Assembly: GCA_013239625.1 (NCBI GenBank)
Contig: MU054187.1
Location: 434,001-496,000, forward strand
Source of the DNA: Lama guanicoe
Taxonomy: Eukaryota
Reading direction: 5' to 3'
DNA length: 62,000 nucleotides
The position numbers and the translations under genes are program-made. Below are positions 13,301-24,136 of this stretch, one piece after another. Positions within the stretch are counted from its first letter, which is position 1, and every line of letters begins with the position of its first letter. Under the pieces are notes generated by a model. It was not told the origin of the DNA. It made no database searches and worked only from the letters and a program-made list of their open reading frames with translations.

Positions 13301-14510
13301 ATCATGGGGTTTCTCTAGGACTATTACTGTTACTTTTAAGTTACCTAAAGAAGCTGATGTGCGTCCTGTTGGAGAACCACAGCCTAGAGGATTTCCTTGA
13401 GATCATCTGGGTTTAACCCTTTTCAAACCTGTCCAAGTGCTGGGCATATTAATAATATACGTTTGCTAGTACATTTGGATGAGTTTCGTACAGCTGTCTC
13501 GTATAAAATTCTAAAATATTTAATGACACACATACAAGATTGTTGCATACACTTTAAATTACGGTAGTTTAAAGACTCCGACCTGACCTCCGCTTGGGCG
13601 AGCTCTTACTTTGGGAGAGAAGCTGTGGATCAGTGTGGGTAAGTGAAGCCCGTGCTGGTTAGCTGCTTTTCCCCCGGGCTTGTCTAGGAACTAGCAGGTA
13701 CTCGGCTTGTTGCTTTCATTGATTTTTTTACTTTCTTGTTTTAATTGTGCACTGATTAGTTTACCAAATGAGCAGAAGCCATGAGGATGAAAGAGGTAAT
13801 TACAGGCGTGAAAATAAGCCCTGAAAAAGGGAGAAGCGTGAAGTCCGGTGGCTTTAAAATGGCGGGTTTGCAGTGTGGGGGTGTTTGGCTTCTTGATTAC
13901 GAAGCCTTATTTCAAAATGAGACAGAAACATAAAAGTTGGCTATTGTCTATCTGCATTAGATAATGACCCACACAATGAAGTAAGAATGTAAGTTAGCTA
14001 ATAAGAGGCATGCTTTATCTGTGTTCGTGCTGTAAGGTGGTGTGGTACGGTGCCTTCCCTTTTGCTAGAAGGTAGTGACTGCTGTGCAAGTGGGGTAATC
14101 TTAGTTTATTGTCCAGCCAGACCCCTATGGGAACAGAAGGAAGCATTATTAATAATTAATAGAGGGACCTGGACAAATGGGGACCTTTATGTGTGTGACA
14201 CAAGTCAAGCTACAGGGTACACTTTTTAGTAAAATCTGAATTTAAGTGATTTGTTTTTCCTTTTAATTTGTTACAGACATTGTTTATACCACAAAAGCAA
14301 GTTTTGATCATTTTGATATTACTTTGTAGAATTATTTTAATTTTATAAAATTTTCTAATTTTAAGTATGATTGCTGCATTTTTTCCTAACCATTTGCATC
14401 GTATAAATTTGTAGACAAGTAAATTCTTGATCATACACATGATATCAAGTACATTTATATTGAACTTTCTTTATTAGTATTTGAATATTATTATTATTTT
14501 TGCCTTCCAG

Positions 14511-14636
14511 ACAAATTATGAAAACAGAATATATAGCCTGAAAGTAGAATGTGGACCTAAATACCCAGAAGCTCCTCCATCAGTTAGATTTGTAACCAAA
14601 ATTAATATGAATGGAATAAATAATTCCAGTGGAATG
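14511..14636 (+). CDS. UBE2V2: UBE2V2 coding exon 3
   Basis: Encodes [42 protein letters not shown]. Acceptor ttttgccttccAG, donor GTaagt at 14637; 126 nt, in frame with exon 2. TNYEN and PPSVRF distinguish it from UBE2V1. Confidence 0.98.
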
Positions 14637-17600
14637 GTAAGTTAAAGTAATCCTTTTATTCTTGTGTAACCTATTAATGTATAGTCAAGAGGAAGGTTTT
14701 TTTCTCTTTTAAGGATCTTAGTTCACCTGAAAGTCTAAAGATGTTTATCTCACACCTGTCTCTCATGAACCTGCCTGTCCTTAGAAGCCTTCACGTGCCA
14801 GTCTAGGTATGTGCAGCCCTTCCCTTAGGGTTCTGTTAACCGCTTCAGTAGTCACGGTCCAGGGGAACCCTTACTGGTGAGAAAATGGTCATCATTTCTC
14901 TTCGGGTGTGATTTTTCTTTAGGGCTAAGGTACATTTGGTGAGAGTAAAAGGATGAATATTCATGAGGAGGAGGCTTTTCTTTGAGGAACAAGCAGGTCT
15001 GTAGGAGCAGACGTTGTGGTTGAGCATGGCCGTCTGTTTAAAGCAAGTGGATCAAAACGACACTCCCTGGTTCACACAGGGAAGCTAGTGGAAACAGCCT
15101 CATTTCTGATGCGGTGTTTGGTTCACGGCAAGGACGTGAAGTGCGGGCTCTTGGAGTGCTGTGTTGAGAGTGCCCTGACGTGCGGAGGGACCCGGTGACG
15201 GTGGCGCGGATGGCACCGTCTCAGGAGCAGTGCCATCATTGTCCTTAGGTTCTGCATGCGTTTCTTCAGCCCGGCCCGCATGCCCTTCCCCGGCAGCATC
15301 CTGAAATGTTTTACATTCTCTCAGTCTCTTCGTGGTTTTACTCGCCTCCCACCGTGTGTGCACATGTACACCTGTCCTCCTTACCCACCCCTGTCCACCC
15401 ACAGCCTCCATCCAGAGCCATGCGTTCACACCGGTACCTCCAGGCCATCCCGACACTGCAGCCCCTGTTCCAGAGTCCGTTCTCCCATGTTCATGGGTCT
15501 CGCTCCAGCAGGGAGGATCCTGGCCCCGCCGCCCCGTGCTCGTCCTTAGCGCACTCGGTTGTGGAGGGCGCATACCCCGCTGCCCGCCAGCCTGCGTCCT
15601 AGCCTCGTACACAGGCCCCAAACTGGCCCTGGTGGGCTGGCCTCTGTCTGCTGGGTGCCCTGGAGGAAAGCGTGACGCTGATTGCAGGAGGGTCGTTGGA
15701 GGCTTGGCCCAGACCTCCCGGGTCCCTCCCTAACCGCAGAGTCCTCCTGCAGTCTGTCCGGCGTGTGGTTTACCCACTGAGGTTTTTCGTGCCATATGCT
15801 GATACGTTTACGTTTGAATAACTTATCTTATTTTGTGGTTTCTGTTTTTTCCATGTGTTTCTCACTTTTGGCCTACTTCTGAAATGGCAGTTCTCGACTG
15901 GCGGCGGCGTTTCTGTGCTGCGGTGGTTGCTCTAGGCATTACGGTGCGCATCCTTAGCGGTCTCTGTGTCAGGCAGCGTTAGGCGGGGGCAGAAGCAGAG
16001 TTGTGAGACACGGAGTTTACAGAAGGGCTGTTGCTCGGGGAGCTGCTTTCGTGACGCACAGCCCTGCTCTGAGGACGTTTTCCTTGGGCTTCTCTCCCAG
16101 GAGCACCTGTTCTTCCCAGCTGCTGCTTCGTCGTCACATGACAGACTCTGCAGATGGAGTAACTCGTGGTGGGCTCTGCACTGTTGTGGGAACTATGAAA
16201 CCCACGATTAGATGTCAGACCCACCCCGACCGAGTCACCTGCTCTCGTGGGCTTCTTGTCCATGTGGGACATTCTGCCGCTTCCTCTGCCCCCCGGTCCC
16301 CCAGGCTCAATCGAGAATCCTGTCAGTCTCCGTTGAAAATGGAACTTGGGTCAAGTCTTGCTTGTCTGTTTACGTTGCCGCTGAATGGGTGCTGGCCATT
16401 GTCTCTTGTCTGGCCCCTGCGCAACCTCTCTGATTCTGCCTTTTCACCCTCTCCAGTCTTTGCAGAGCAAGCAGTCAGAGGGACCTTGGCAAAACGCACA
16501 TGTGTCCTGTTGCCCCTGAGGTGGCTTCAGCCACGGGGTGCCCGCCTCTCCTTATGGCTCACTGGGGGCACATGGGTCTCGCTGCCCGCACCCGTTCCTT
16601 TTGGCCTCAGGGCCTTTGCACTTTCTGTCCGTCCTGTGTGGACATCTCCTCCACGCTGGCCAGTCCCGACGGATCCTTCCCGGCTCTGTGAGCGGTGCCT
16701 TCTCAGAGAAGTCTTTCCCGAGTCCCTAGTCCCAGTTTTGTCCCTTTGTTACTCTGTTAGTCACTCTTTTATTCTTTCTCTTTGTAGCGATTGCTGTAAA
16801 TTATCATTTTTTCTTTTTGTTTTTACTTCCGGTGTTCTAAAAGGATTGTTTCTCACACAGCAGACAAGCGTTAGCGGATGATATAACCAGCACCCTCCGT
16901 GTCAGATCTGACTACATCCTGGACTTACTTCCACCGTCTTTTTCTTTCTTTTCTTTTTTTTTTAAAGGAAGGCTGCATTATGACTAGTTCCCTCTGTGTG
17001 TGCCTGTCCCTTGGAGCCTCCCCACTGCAGACTTGGTGTTTGTTGCTTCCACACGTGGCTGCATGGTTTTACCGCACACGTCGGTGTCCCCGTGTTGTAC
17101 CGTGTTTGATGCCTCAGGGAATTTTGAGTTTCATCCGTGCTGTGTTGTGTCGTCCTCTCTTGCTGTTTAGTTAACACTCCATTCTTCACGTGCCAGGCAT
17201 TGAAGTTTTCAGCTTCCACCGAGGGACCACCCCGTGTGAGCACCCCTGTGCCCTAGAGCTGGCTTCTCAGGCTTTTCAGGACTGAGTGTCTGTTGGTTAC
17301 AGTAAGCTGTGGGTCAGTATTTTTACAGAGTTCGATGAAAATGAATTACTAGGAAATTGAAGGAGAAAATCCAAGCTCAGGGCTTTTTAGAAAAGATTCA
17401 CCTGTCAGATTGCCGTGGGGCTCTCTTGAGTGCTCACTCTCAGTTTCTGTGCTAATCTTGAGAGGGACCAGAAGGCCTGGGCTGTTCCGTGGGAGGAAGT
17501 GGAACGCTGCTGAGTCCGGAGGTCGGGGGGCGTCTTGAGTCCGGTTGGTTGAGTTCTTCCCAGTTGTCCCCCCAGGGTTGGGCTGTGTCCGTCCCCCCAG

Positions 17601-19189
17601 CCCCTCCTACAGTCAGGCTGCAGCAGGGCCTGGAGAACAGACACAGATACTGATTCCAGCTGTTGGGGCGCAGGCTGGGCAGCTAAGACCCCAGTTTTCC
17701 TTTCGATTGATGTTTAAGAATTTAAATTATGACTTTTGTGACCAGTAAATAAATAGAGTGGAATTTCACGTTGACCATCGGTGATTGGTCCAGGATAATT
17801 TTGTATGTTTTGAGATTATTTAAGTACCTGATGAATTACGGATGTTGCTTCAGTAAGTCTGGTTTATATTTATTTAATGCAACTCGGCGAAATTATTCCC
17901 GGTGGGTGGTTCGCACTGAAACGTGGTTTCCAGCGCTTTGTGCCGTGAGGGCTCACGTCTGGGAGGCGGTTGTGCGTGCACTGACGGACGCAGGCTTGCT
18001 GTGACCCCCCCCCACCGCCTCTGCCCTGCCCCCGGCCTTTCTGCGCCCTCTGTTGGTGCTCGCAGGACTTGCAGTTACTTGGGTTTACTTGCTGTCGCTG
18101 AACTTCACAGCTGGACGTGTTTGTTTCTGCCTCGGAAGCAGCTTGGTATTGTCCGCACCTACAGACTGGTGTTTGCTTACGGACTGAGTTTAAAATAGGC
18201 CAAGGGGGTTCCACTCCTGAGGTCAGAGGGCGCGCGAACCCCGCGGGCCGCGTTCCTGTCTCAGTTACTCCTGACGGAAGTCTAAAAAAATTTCTTTTCT
18301 TTTCTATTTTTAAATAGTTTTATTGTGCTATGATTCATACCATACAGTTCACTCAAGTGTAAAATGCATGTTTTTTACTGTTCGCCACGGTCGTGGACCC
18401 ATTGCCAGAACCCAGTTTCAGAACGTTTTTGTCCCTCGGAGGAAGCCCTGCACCGGTCAGCTGTCACCTTGCCCCACACCCTGAGCAGCACCGGTCTCCG
18501 TCCTGCCTTCATAGATGTCCCGTTCGGGGCTTCGCATACTTGGAGTCATACAACTTGTGTTCTTTTGTGGCTGGGTTCTTTGACTTAACGCAGTGTTTTC
18601 AAGGTTTATCCGTGTTGCAGTGTGTGTCAGTGTTGTCTTCCTTTTATTGTTGAATAATAACCTGATTATATGGATATATGCGCCTTCAGTTATCTCCTGT
18701 TTTCTTCGTCCCTTGAGGACATCTGGGTTCTCCCGCGTTGGGCTGTCGTGAACGTCTGGGTACAGGCTTGTGTGTGGGCGAGCATCCTCGCTTCTCTTGG
18801 ATTCATCCCTGGAAGTGGAACTGCTGGTGGTGGAAACTCTGTCTAGCTTTTTGGGCAGTGGCCAGACTTTTTCAGAGTGGACGTGCTATTGACACTCCTG
18901 TTAGCGGCGGGTCAGGGCCCCAGCTTTTTCACATCCTTGCCAACCGTGTCGTGTTGACGACAGCCCCCCGGGAGGTGCGGGGTGCTGTGACACGCGCTCC
19001 CCTGAGGGGCTGGTGGTGGTGAGCAGCTCTTCACGTGCAGATTGGCCGTTTCTCACCTTCTCTGGAGAGGTGGCTGTGCGAGGGGTTGCTGTCTCGTCTC
19101 TCTGAGCCAGGACAGGGTGCAGCTGCTCCAGGTGCCGTGGCCCAGGGTCTCCCCGGCTGCAGTCGGCATGCTGGCCTGCGCTGCGGTCT

Positions 19190-19879
19190 CTTCCCAACGG
19201 GGGACGCGCTGGGACAGCATTCAGTTCTTCGTGGGTTTTTGGACCGAGGGCTTCTGCATCCTGCACGCTGCTACCCAGAGCCCACGTTTGGTTCCTGGCC
19301 CCGCAGGCCTCTCTGTAGAGCCATTCACAGCACGGCAGCCAGTGAGTGGGAGCCAGAGGGAGTGGGGCGGCAGCAGCGCGTCTCTGTAACTCAGCGCCCG
19401 CAGGGCAGCCCAGGGTCCTGTCCATGGAGGTCCCTGTGCCCAGCCCACACCCAGAGGAGCGGCTGCAGTGGGCATGAGTGCAGGGGTGAAGATCCTCAGG
19501 AGCCGCTGTGAAAGCTGCTGTCTCAGTTTGGGCTGCTGCAACCAAAACACCACACTCTGGGGGAGTTTCAGACAACAGCGGCTGGCTTCTCTCAGTCTGG
19601 AGGCTGGGACGTCTGAGCTCAGGGTGCCAGCGTGGTCCTGTTCTGGCGAGACCCCGTCCTGGGTAACCGACTGCTTGCTGCATGCTCCTGGGAGGAGGAG
19701 CAGGTTCTGGTCTCGCTCTTCTCAAAAGGACGCTGATCTCATGGTGTGGCCACGCCTGTGACTGCATCTGAGCCTCATCACTCCAGTCCCAGTCCCTGGT
19801 CCCAGCCTGTGGCGGTGGGGGCTTCAGCACAGGAGTTTGGGGGATGCAGTCTTGCAGTCCATAGCAGCTGTCGACCGCA
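19190..19879 (-). mobile_element. MLT1F-like MaLR LTR (split by the MLT1A/MST insertion)
   Basis: ggcctctctgtagagccattcacagcacggcagc...cagcccacaccca...gaaagctgc | tcgaccgca resembles antisense MLT1F. Left boundary uncertain. Confidence 0.55.
19519..19866 (-). mobile_element. MLT1A/MST-like MaLR solo LTR
   Basis: TGtctcagtttgggctgctgcaacc...tctggaggctgggacgtctgag..agggtgccagc...cagtccatagCA; 5-bp TSD gctgc/gctgt. Confidence 0.8.
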
Positions 19880-20749
19880 GTCCCCCTCGCACACGTTTTA
19901 ATTGAGATAGGAGTTCTTCATATACCGAACAAGAGCCCCTTATCAAATACATTTTCTTTATTCTGTGGGTTGTCTCTTTGCTTTCTTGATGTTTTCAACG
20001 CAAAAATTTAAAATTTTTATGGAGCCAACTTATCTACATTGTATTCTGTTGAATGTACTTTATTAGGAGTTCTGCCCAGTGTCATGGGTTTGCTCCTGTG
20101 TCCTGAGAGGTCACTGCCGTGGCTGTGATCCGTTTGAGCCTGTGTGTGGTGTGAGCTGGGGAGCCCGCCTCATTCCTCTGTGGGTGCGTGTCCAGGTGTC
20201 CTTTCCCCGTGTGTGATCCATTCGCATGGAATGCCTTTCCGTTTACTTAGCTTGTTAATTTGTCAGCAGTGTTCTGTGGCTTTCAGCGCACAAGCCCTTC
20301 ACTGCTTTGTTACATTTTACCCGTGTGTTTTGCTCTTTCCCGTCCTGTTGTGAATGGGGCCGCTTCCGCGCTCGCAGGCTTGGCTGGGTGTGCCGACCCT
20401 GTGCCGGCAGCTCGCCCCGGTGTGGGGTGGCAGTCTCCGTGATGGGGCCTGCGTATCGTCTGTGCAGCCATGTGTTCTGCACGTGGACGTGGCTTCCCTT
20501 TGGTCTTTTCGGCCTGGACCCTTTTTGTTCCACTTTTTTCTTGCCTGACTGCCTGGCCAGACCCTCCCCGGACAGCAGCAGCAGCCTTGCCGTGCTCTGG
20601 CCTTCAGAGGTGCTTTCCGTCCGTGGCGTTGAGTGTGGTGCTGGCTGTGCGTCTTTACTGGGCTGGCCCTCCTCATAGCCTGAGTGTTCTTAATCCTCCG
20701 AAGCCTCAGGCTGCATGTGCCAGACAGGTTGAAATTTTTTTTAATTTTT

Positions 20750-20935
20750 GAAGTTTTTATTTTGTCATAGTTGATGCTGCAGTATTGGGTTGGTCTCTGA
20801 TGTACCGCATCGTGAGTATTTTTAAAGTTATACTCCACTTAAAGTTTTTTTTCGCAGAATAATAGCTGTGTTTCCTGTGTGGTTCAGTGCACCCTTGTTG
20901 CTCATTTGCTTTATGCGTAGACGCTTGTGTCTCTG
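20750..20935 (-). mobile_element. L1 3'-end fragment
   Basis: T-tract followed by catagttgatgctgcagtattgggtt..tctgatgtac.., an antisense L1 terminus. Confidence 0.55.
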
Positions 20936-21603
20936 AGGTGCTGAGCAATTGACCCTGATTATTTTGGACAAGTGCCAGAGTGGAGGTGGCTGGTCGGGGA
21001 GCAGGTGGTATTGAGTGGGTGAGTTCCGAGGTCAGAGAAGGGGAGACCCCGGTGAGTGAGGTTTCCCAGGGACCTGCCAGGCAGGCCACGTGATGGCAGT
21101 TACGTGGGGACGCAGCCCTCCTTTCCGCCCCCTCGGTGGGAGATGGACTTAGCACAGAGTGCCGCGCGCTGGAGAGCAGGGTCTGAGAGCTGTGGTGCCG
21201 CCTGCCCCTGACACGGTGGGGGTGCTGCCCCGACCTTGAGTGGTGTCACTGGAGATGGGGGTGCCTTCTGATCTTAGCTCGCCTCGAAGGAACTGGTAAC
21301 TGTTCACAGTGTAGCTGTCTTAACATAAGATCTGCTTCTGATGATCAAAGCTCCCTGCATGTTAACTGTCAAACACGAAACCCACCACAGAAAAACGATA
21401 CAAGCTTTTTAGGGAACAGCTGTTAAAGAAGGAATATTTCCCCTAACTGTCATATGAACTTGTAGTTTTCCGATGTTCATTTCTGTAAAAGAAGAGCCTG
21501 GCTGTGAATTTTTAAAAGCACTTGTTAGTAAAATATGTATAGTAAATTGGTGGCAAAGGACTTTAAACTTGGTGGTTAATTTTGCTCTCTTCCCCCTTTT
21601 CAG

Positions 21604-21750
21604 GTGGACGCACGGAGCATACCAGTGTTAGCAAAATGGCAAAACTCATATAGCATTAAAGTTGTACTTCAAGAGCTAAGACGTCTCATGATGTCCAAGG
21701 AAAATATGAAGCTTCCGCAACCACCAGAAGGACAGACGTACAACAATTAA
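21604..21750 (+). CDS. UBE2V2: UBE2V2 coding exon 4 (terminal, includes TAA)
   Basis: Acceptor ctctcttccccctttttcAG; encodes [48 protein letters not shown], the UBE2V2 C-terminus. Confidence 0.98.
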
Positions 21751-22258
21751 TTCTAGTGGATCTCAAACTTGTCTTAAATCAGCAGCCTCTACTCATGTTA
21801 ATGTCTTGATCGAATATCACCATGCAGAACACCCACACATTAAGTCAGACAGTTCCAGCTGGCGACCACGACCTGGACGTTTGTAGGAATGTATCTAACA
21901 TGTGTACACCCGTTATGTTTTCAGGCACAGGAGGAAGACGCCGCACACCTTCTGTCTTGTTCGGGCTCTGTCTTTCAAGCGTAGGCCTGGAGCGCTCAGA
22001 GAAGGACTCAGGTGAGAGCCTGGCAGGCAGTGTCCAAGCTGTGGCAGCGCGTGCTCCTGAGAGTGAAGGTCTCGGGAAGGAGGACCCCAGGTGGCGTGCT
22101 TTGTCCGTCTTGCTTAGTGAGAAAGCTTCGTTGAGACTGTCTGAAGTAGCAGGACGATGAATGTTGTCCCAGACTGTGTTAAGTTTTGAAGCGGTGTGGG
22201 TGCTGACTGCTAGTAGTATCGGAAATATGTTCAGGTTTGTTGTGACACCTGTATTTAT

Positions 22259-22264
22259 AATAAA
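22259..22264 (+). terminator. Candidate polyadenylation signal 1
   Basis: AATAAA with upstream TGTA (22250-22253), about 500 nt after the stop. Confidence 0.5.
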
Positions 22265-22455
22265 AACATGCCGTGGGGGAGGTGGGTGAATTTCTGTGGC
22301 AAGCTGTTCCCCTGTGCTCCATGTAACAGCCGCGGTAAATACGTGTTTACTGTCTTTGTCGGGCGAACCATGCGTTTGCGTTTAAGTAAAGCCAACGAAG
22401 AGGAAATAAGTGTATGGCTATGTGATTCTGAGACCACAGTCAGTCTTAAGTTGTA

Positions 22456-22461
22456 AATAAA
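22456..22461 (+). terminator. Candidate polyadenylation signal 2
   Basis: TGTAAATAAA followed by GT-containing downstream sequence. Confidence 0.55.
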
Positions 22462-24089
22462 ACGTGGAACGTGTCATCGGAAACCGCGCTGTTCCTGTTA
22501 CATTGACGCGTGTACAGCACCTCCCAGGTAGCAGGAACCGGAGTTCCCACACCTTCCTTCCTTATCTCGGACTGTCTAGTTCTGGGAATTGGGGTTTGCA
22601 GAGCATTTCAGAGGACAGATTACTTTGTCTTCTTGTTCGGAGAAGGGGAGTCCCAGGTATCCCGGTTTGAATTTGATGTCACCAGGAATATTATTAAAAA
22701 GGTTTGAGTTCCAGCAGTTCTTACAGAATCACAGATTGCAGATTATCCAAATGTACATTCTGTTTTTCTTCGTAACGCCTCCCTCCAGCGCTCTCCCTGC
22801 CGACTGGGGTTCATTCTGTCCACCCGCTTTTCCTCCACGTTGGCAGGTACATAGTCCACCTGCTCTGCTTTTACCAAAGTGACTCGAGGCTTTTGGTCCG
22901 TGTTTTCCTCTCAGAGCACTTGGGTGTACTGCTTTGTTGAAACGCTTTTTTCTTATGAATCCACTGAAGAAAATAGAAAGGTGGTCGAGTAACAGGGACA
23001 GACTTCTCAAACACACCATGACATGCTTTTATCAAGTGCGTTCATAGTTAAGGCTCTGAGCTGCTTTTTCTCGGCCAGTGATACCTTCAGGTCGGCAACG
23101 TTTTGTCTAAACTTACTGATCTCAACATGGCTTTAATTATCAGAGATGTTAGAAGTGACACATAGAGAATATATACATTAAATTAATGCATGTCTGCTTT
23201 ATTAAAATAGGTTTGAAATGAACTATTACCTTGACAAACATTCTTAAAAATTTTAAATGGTTGAATGTTAAGTTGAATTACACCGACATCAAATGTAAGA
23301 GTCTGGTGGTCACTGATGAACTAAGTCAGTCTCTAGTACCTTCTCCGCTTTGAGAGCGTGTCTCGTCCCACGTGGGCACTGACCACCGTGTGGAAGCTGC
23401 CACATGGCTTCTGGGCTGGGGGCTGGGGGCCCGGGGCTGGTCCTCCCGTTCTGCCTCCTTTCCCCGTGCCCGCTGCTGTGAGGGGTTCCCCCCGCGTATG
23501 CTGGCTGAGTCGAGCCCAGGAGGCGTTGTCCTCCTCTGGTCTGGGGACTGTGGGTCTCGCAGACGTCTGCATGCCCGGAGCCAGTGCCCAGGGCGGAGCC
23601 CGCCGCGCCAGCACAGTCAGGACGCTCTTGGCAGCCTGGGTCGTGCTGGTTGGTTACAGGAGCTACCGGGAAGCCGCTCTTAATGACACTAACTTTTCTA
23701 AGACAGCAGTTTTGAAGCAGTTTTTCCTTTGTTTTGTAAAGTGGCTAAGGTTGTAGGCGTGGGTGGTATTAACTTAAATGAACTGTGAAAATGACTTTTG
23801 AAATTTGAGAGGCCCCGGCAGGCAGGACTCTAGGAGATGATCCTGTGTTAATAAAGGTCATGGAGGTAAACCACTTGTCCTGCTGGGTCAGTGCTGTGCT
23901 TCGCTGGTTTTAATTACTGACTTTCAGAATTGCTCATTTGAAAAAATATTGTTACTATTTTAAAGTGATGGTGTTTGTTGTTCTAGGTTTATATGTGACT
24001 TTCCAGGAGTTTGGAACTTAAACATTTGTAAGGAGAGTTGATGGTATTTGAGTCTTTGGGGTGTGAAACAGAACAAAATTTGTAATTTT

Positions 24090-24136
24090 TTTTTACTTTT
24101 TTTATTGAGTTATAGTCATTTTACAATGTTGTATCA
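24090..24136 (-). mobile_element. 47-bp 5'-truncated L1 3' terminus with 18-bp TSD
   Basis: Reverse strand reads tgatacaacattgtaaaatgactataactcaataaaa..; perfect TSD aacaaaatttgtaatttt at 24072-24089 and 24137-24154. Confidence 0.85.

Larger units (their letters stand above)
18305..20700 (-). mobile_element. Old L1M 3' region, GC-drifted and interrupted by nested LTRs
   Basis: ttttattgtgctatgattcataccatacagttcactc...ggaagtggaactgctgg...tcttcatatacc..agccccttatcaaatac..ttttcttattctgtgggttgtc follows the antisense L1 3'UTR/ORF2 order. Confidence 0.7.
21751..22480 (+). other. UBE2V2: UBE2V2 3' UTR (proximal part; may extend several kb further)
   Basis: Follows the stop codon; AATAAA at 22259-22264 and 22456-22461. 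The true end cannot be determined from sequence alone. Confidence 0.6.

Noticed and set aside
16003..16881. 292-aa + strand ORF in intron 3
   Set aside because: Non-ATG start, no recognisable motif, lies in GC-drifted intronic sequence that is probably repeat-derived.
18901..19830. 309-aa - strand ORF
   Set aside because: Runs through nested MLT1/L1 remnants; chance ORF.
21822..22160. 112-aa ATG ORF after the UBE2V2 stop
   Set aside because: Lies in the 3' UTR with no homology I recognise; no support without ribosome profiling.
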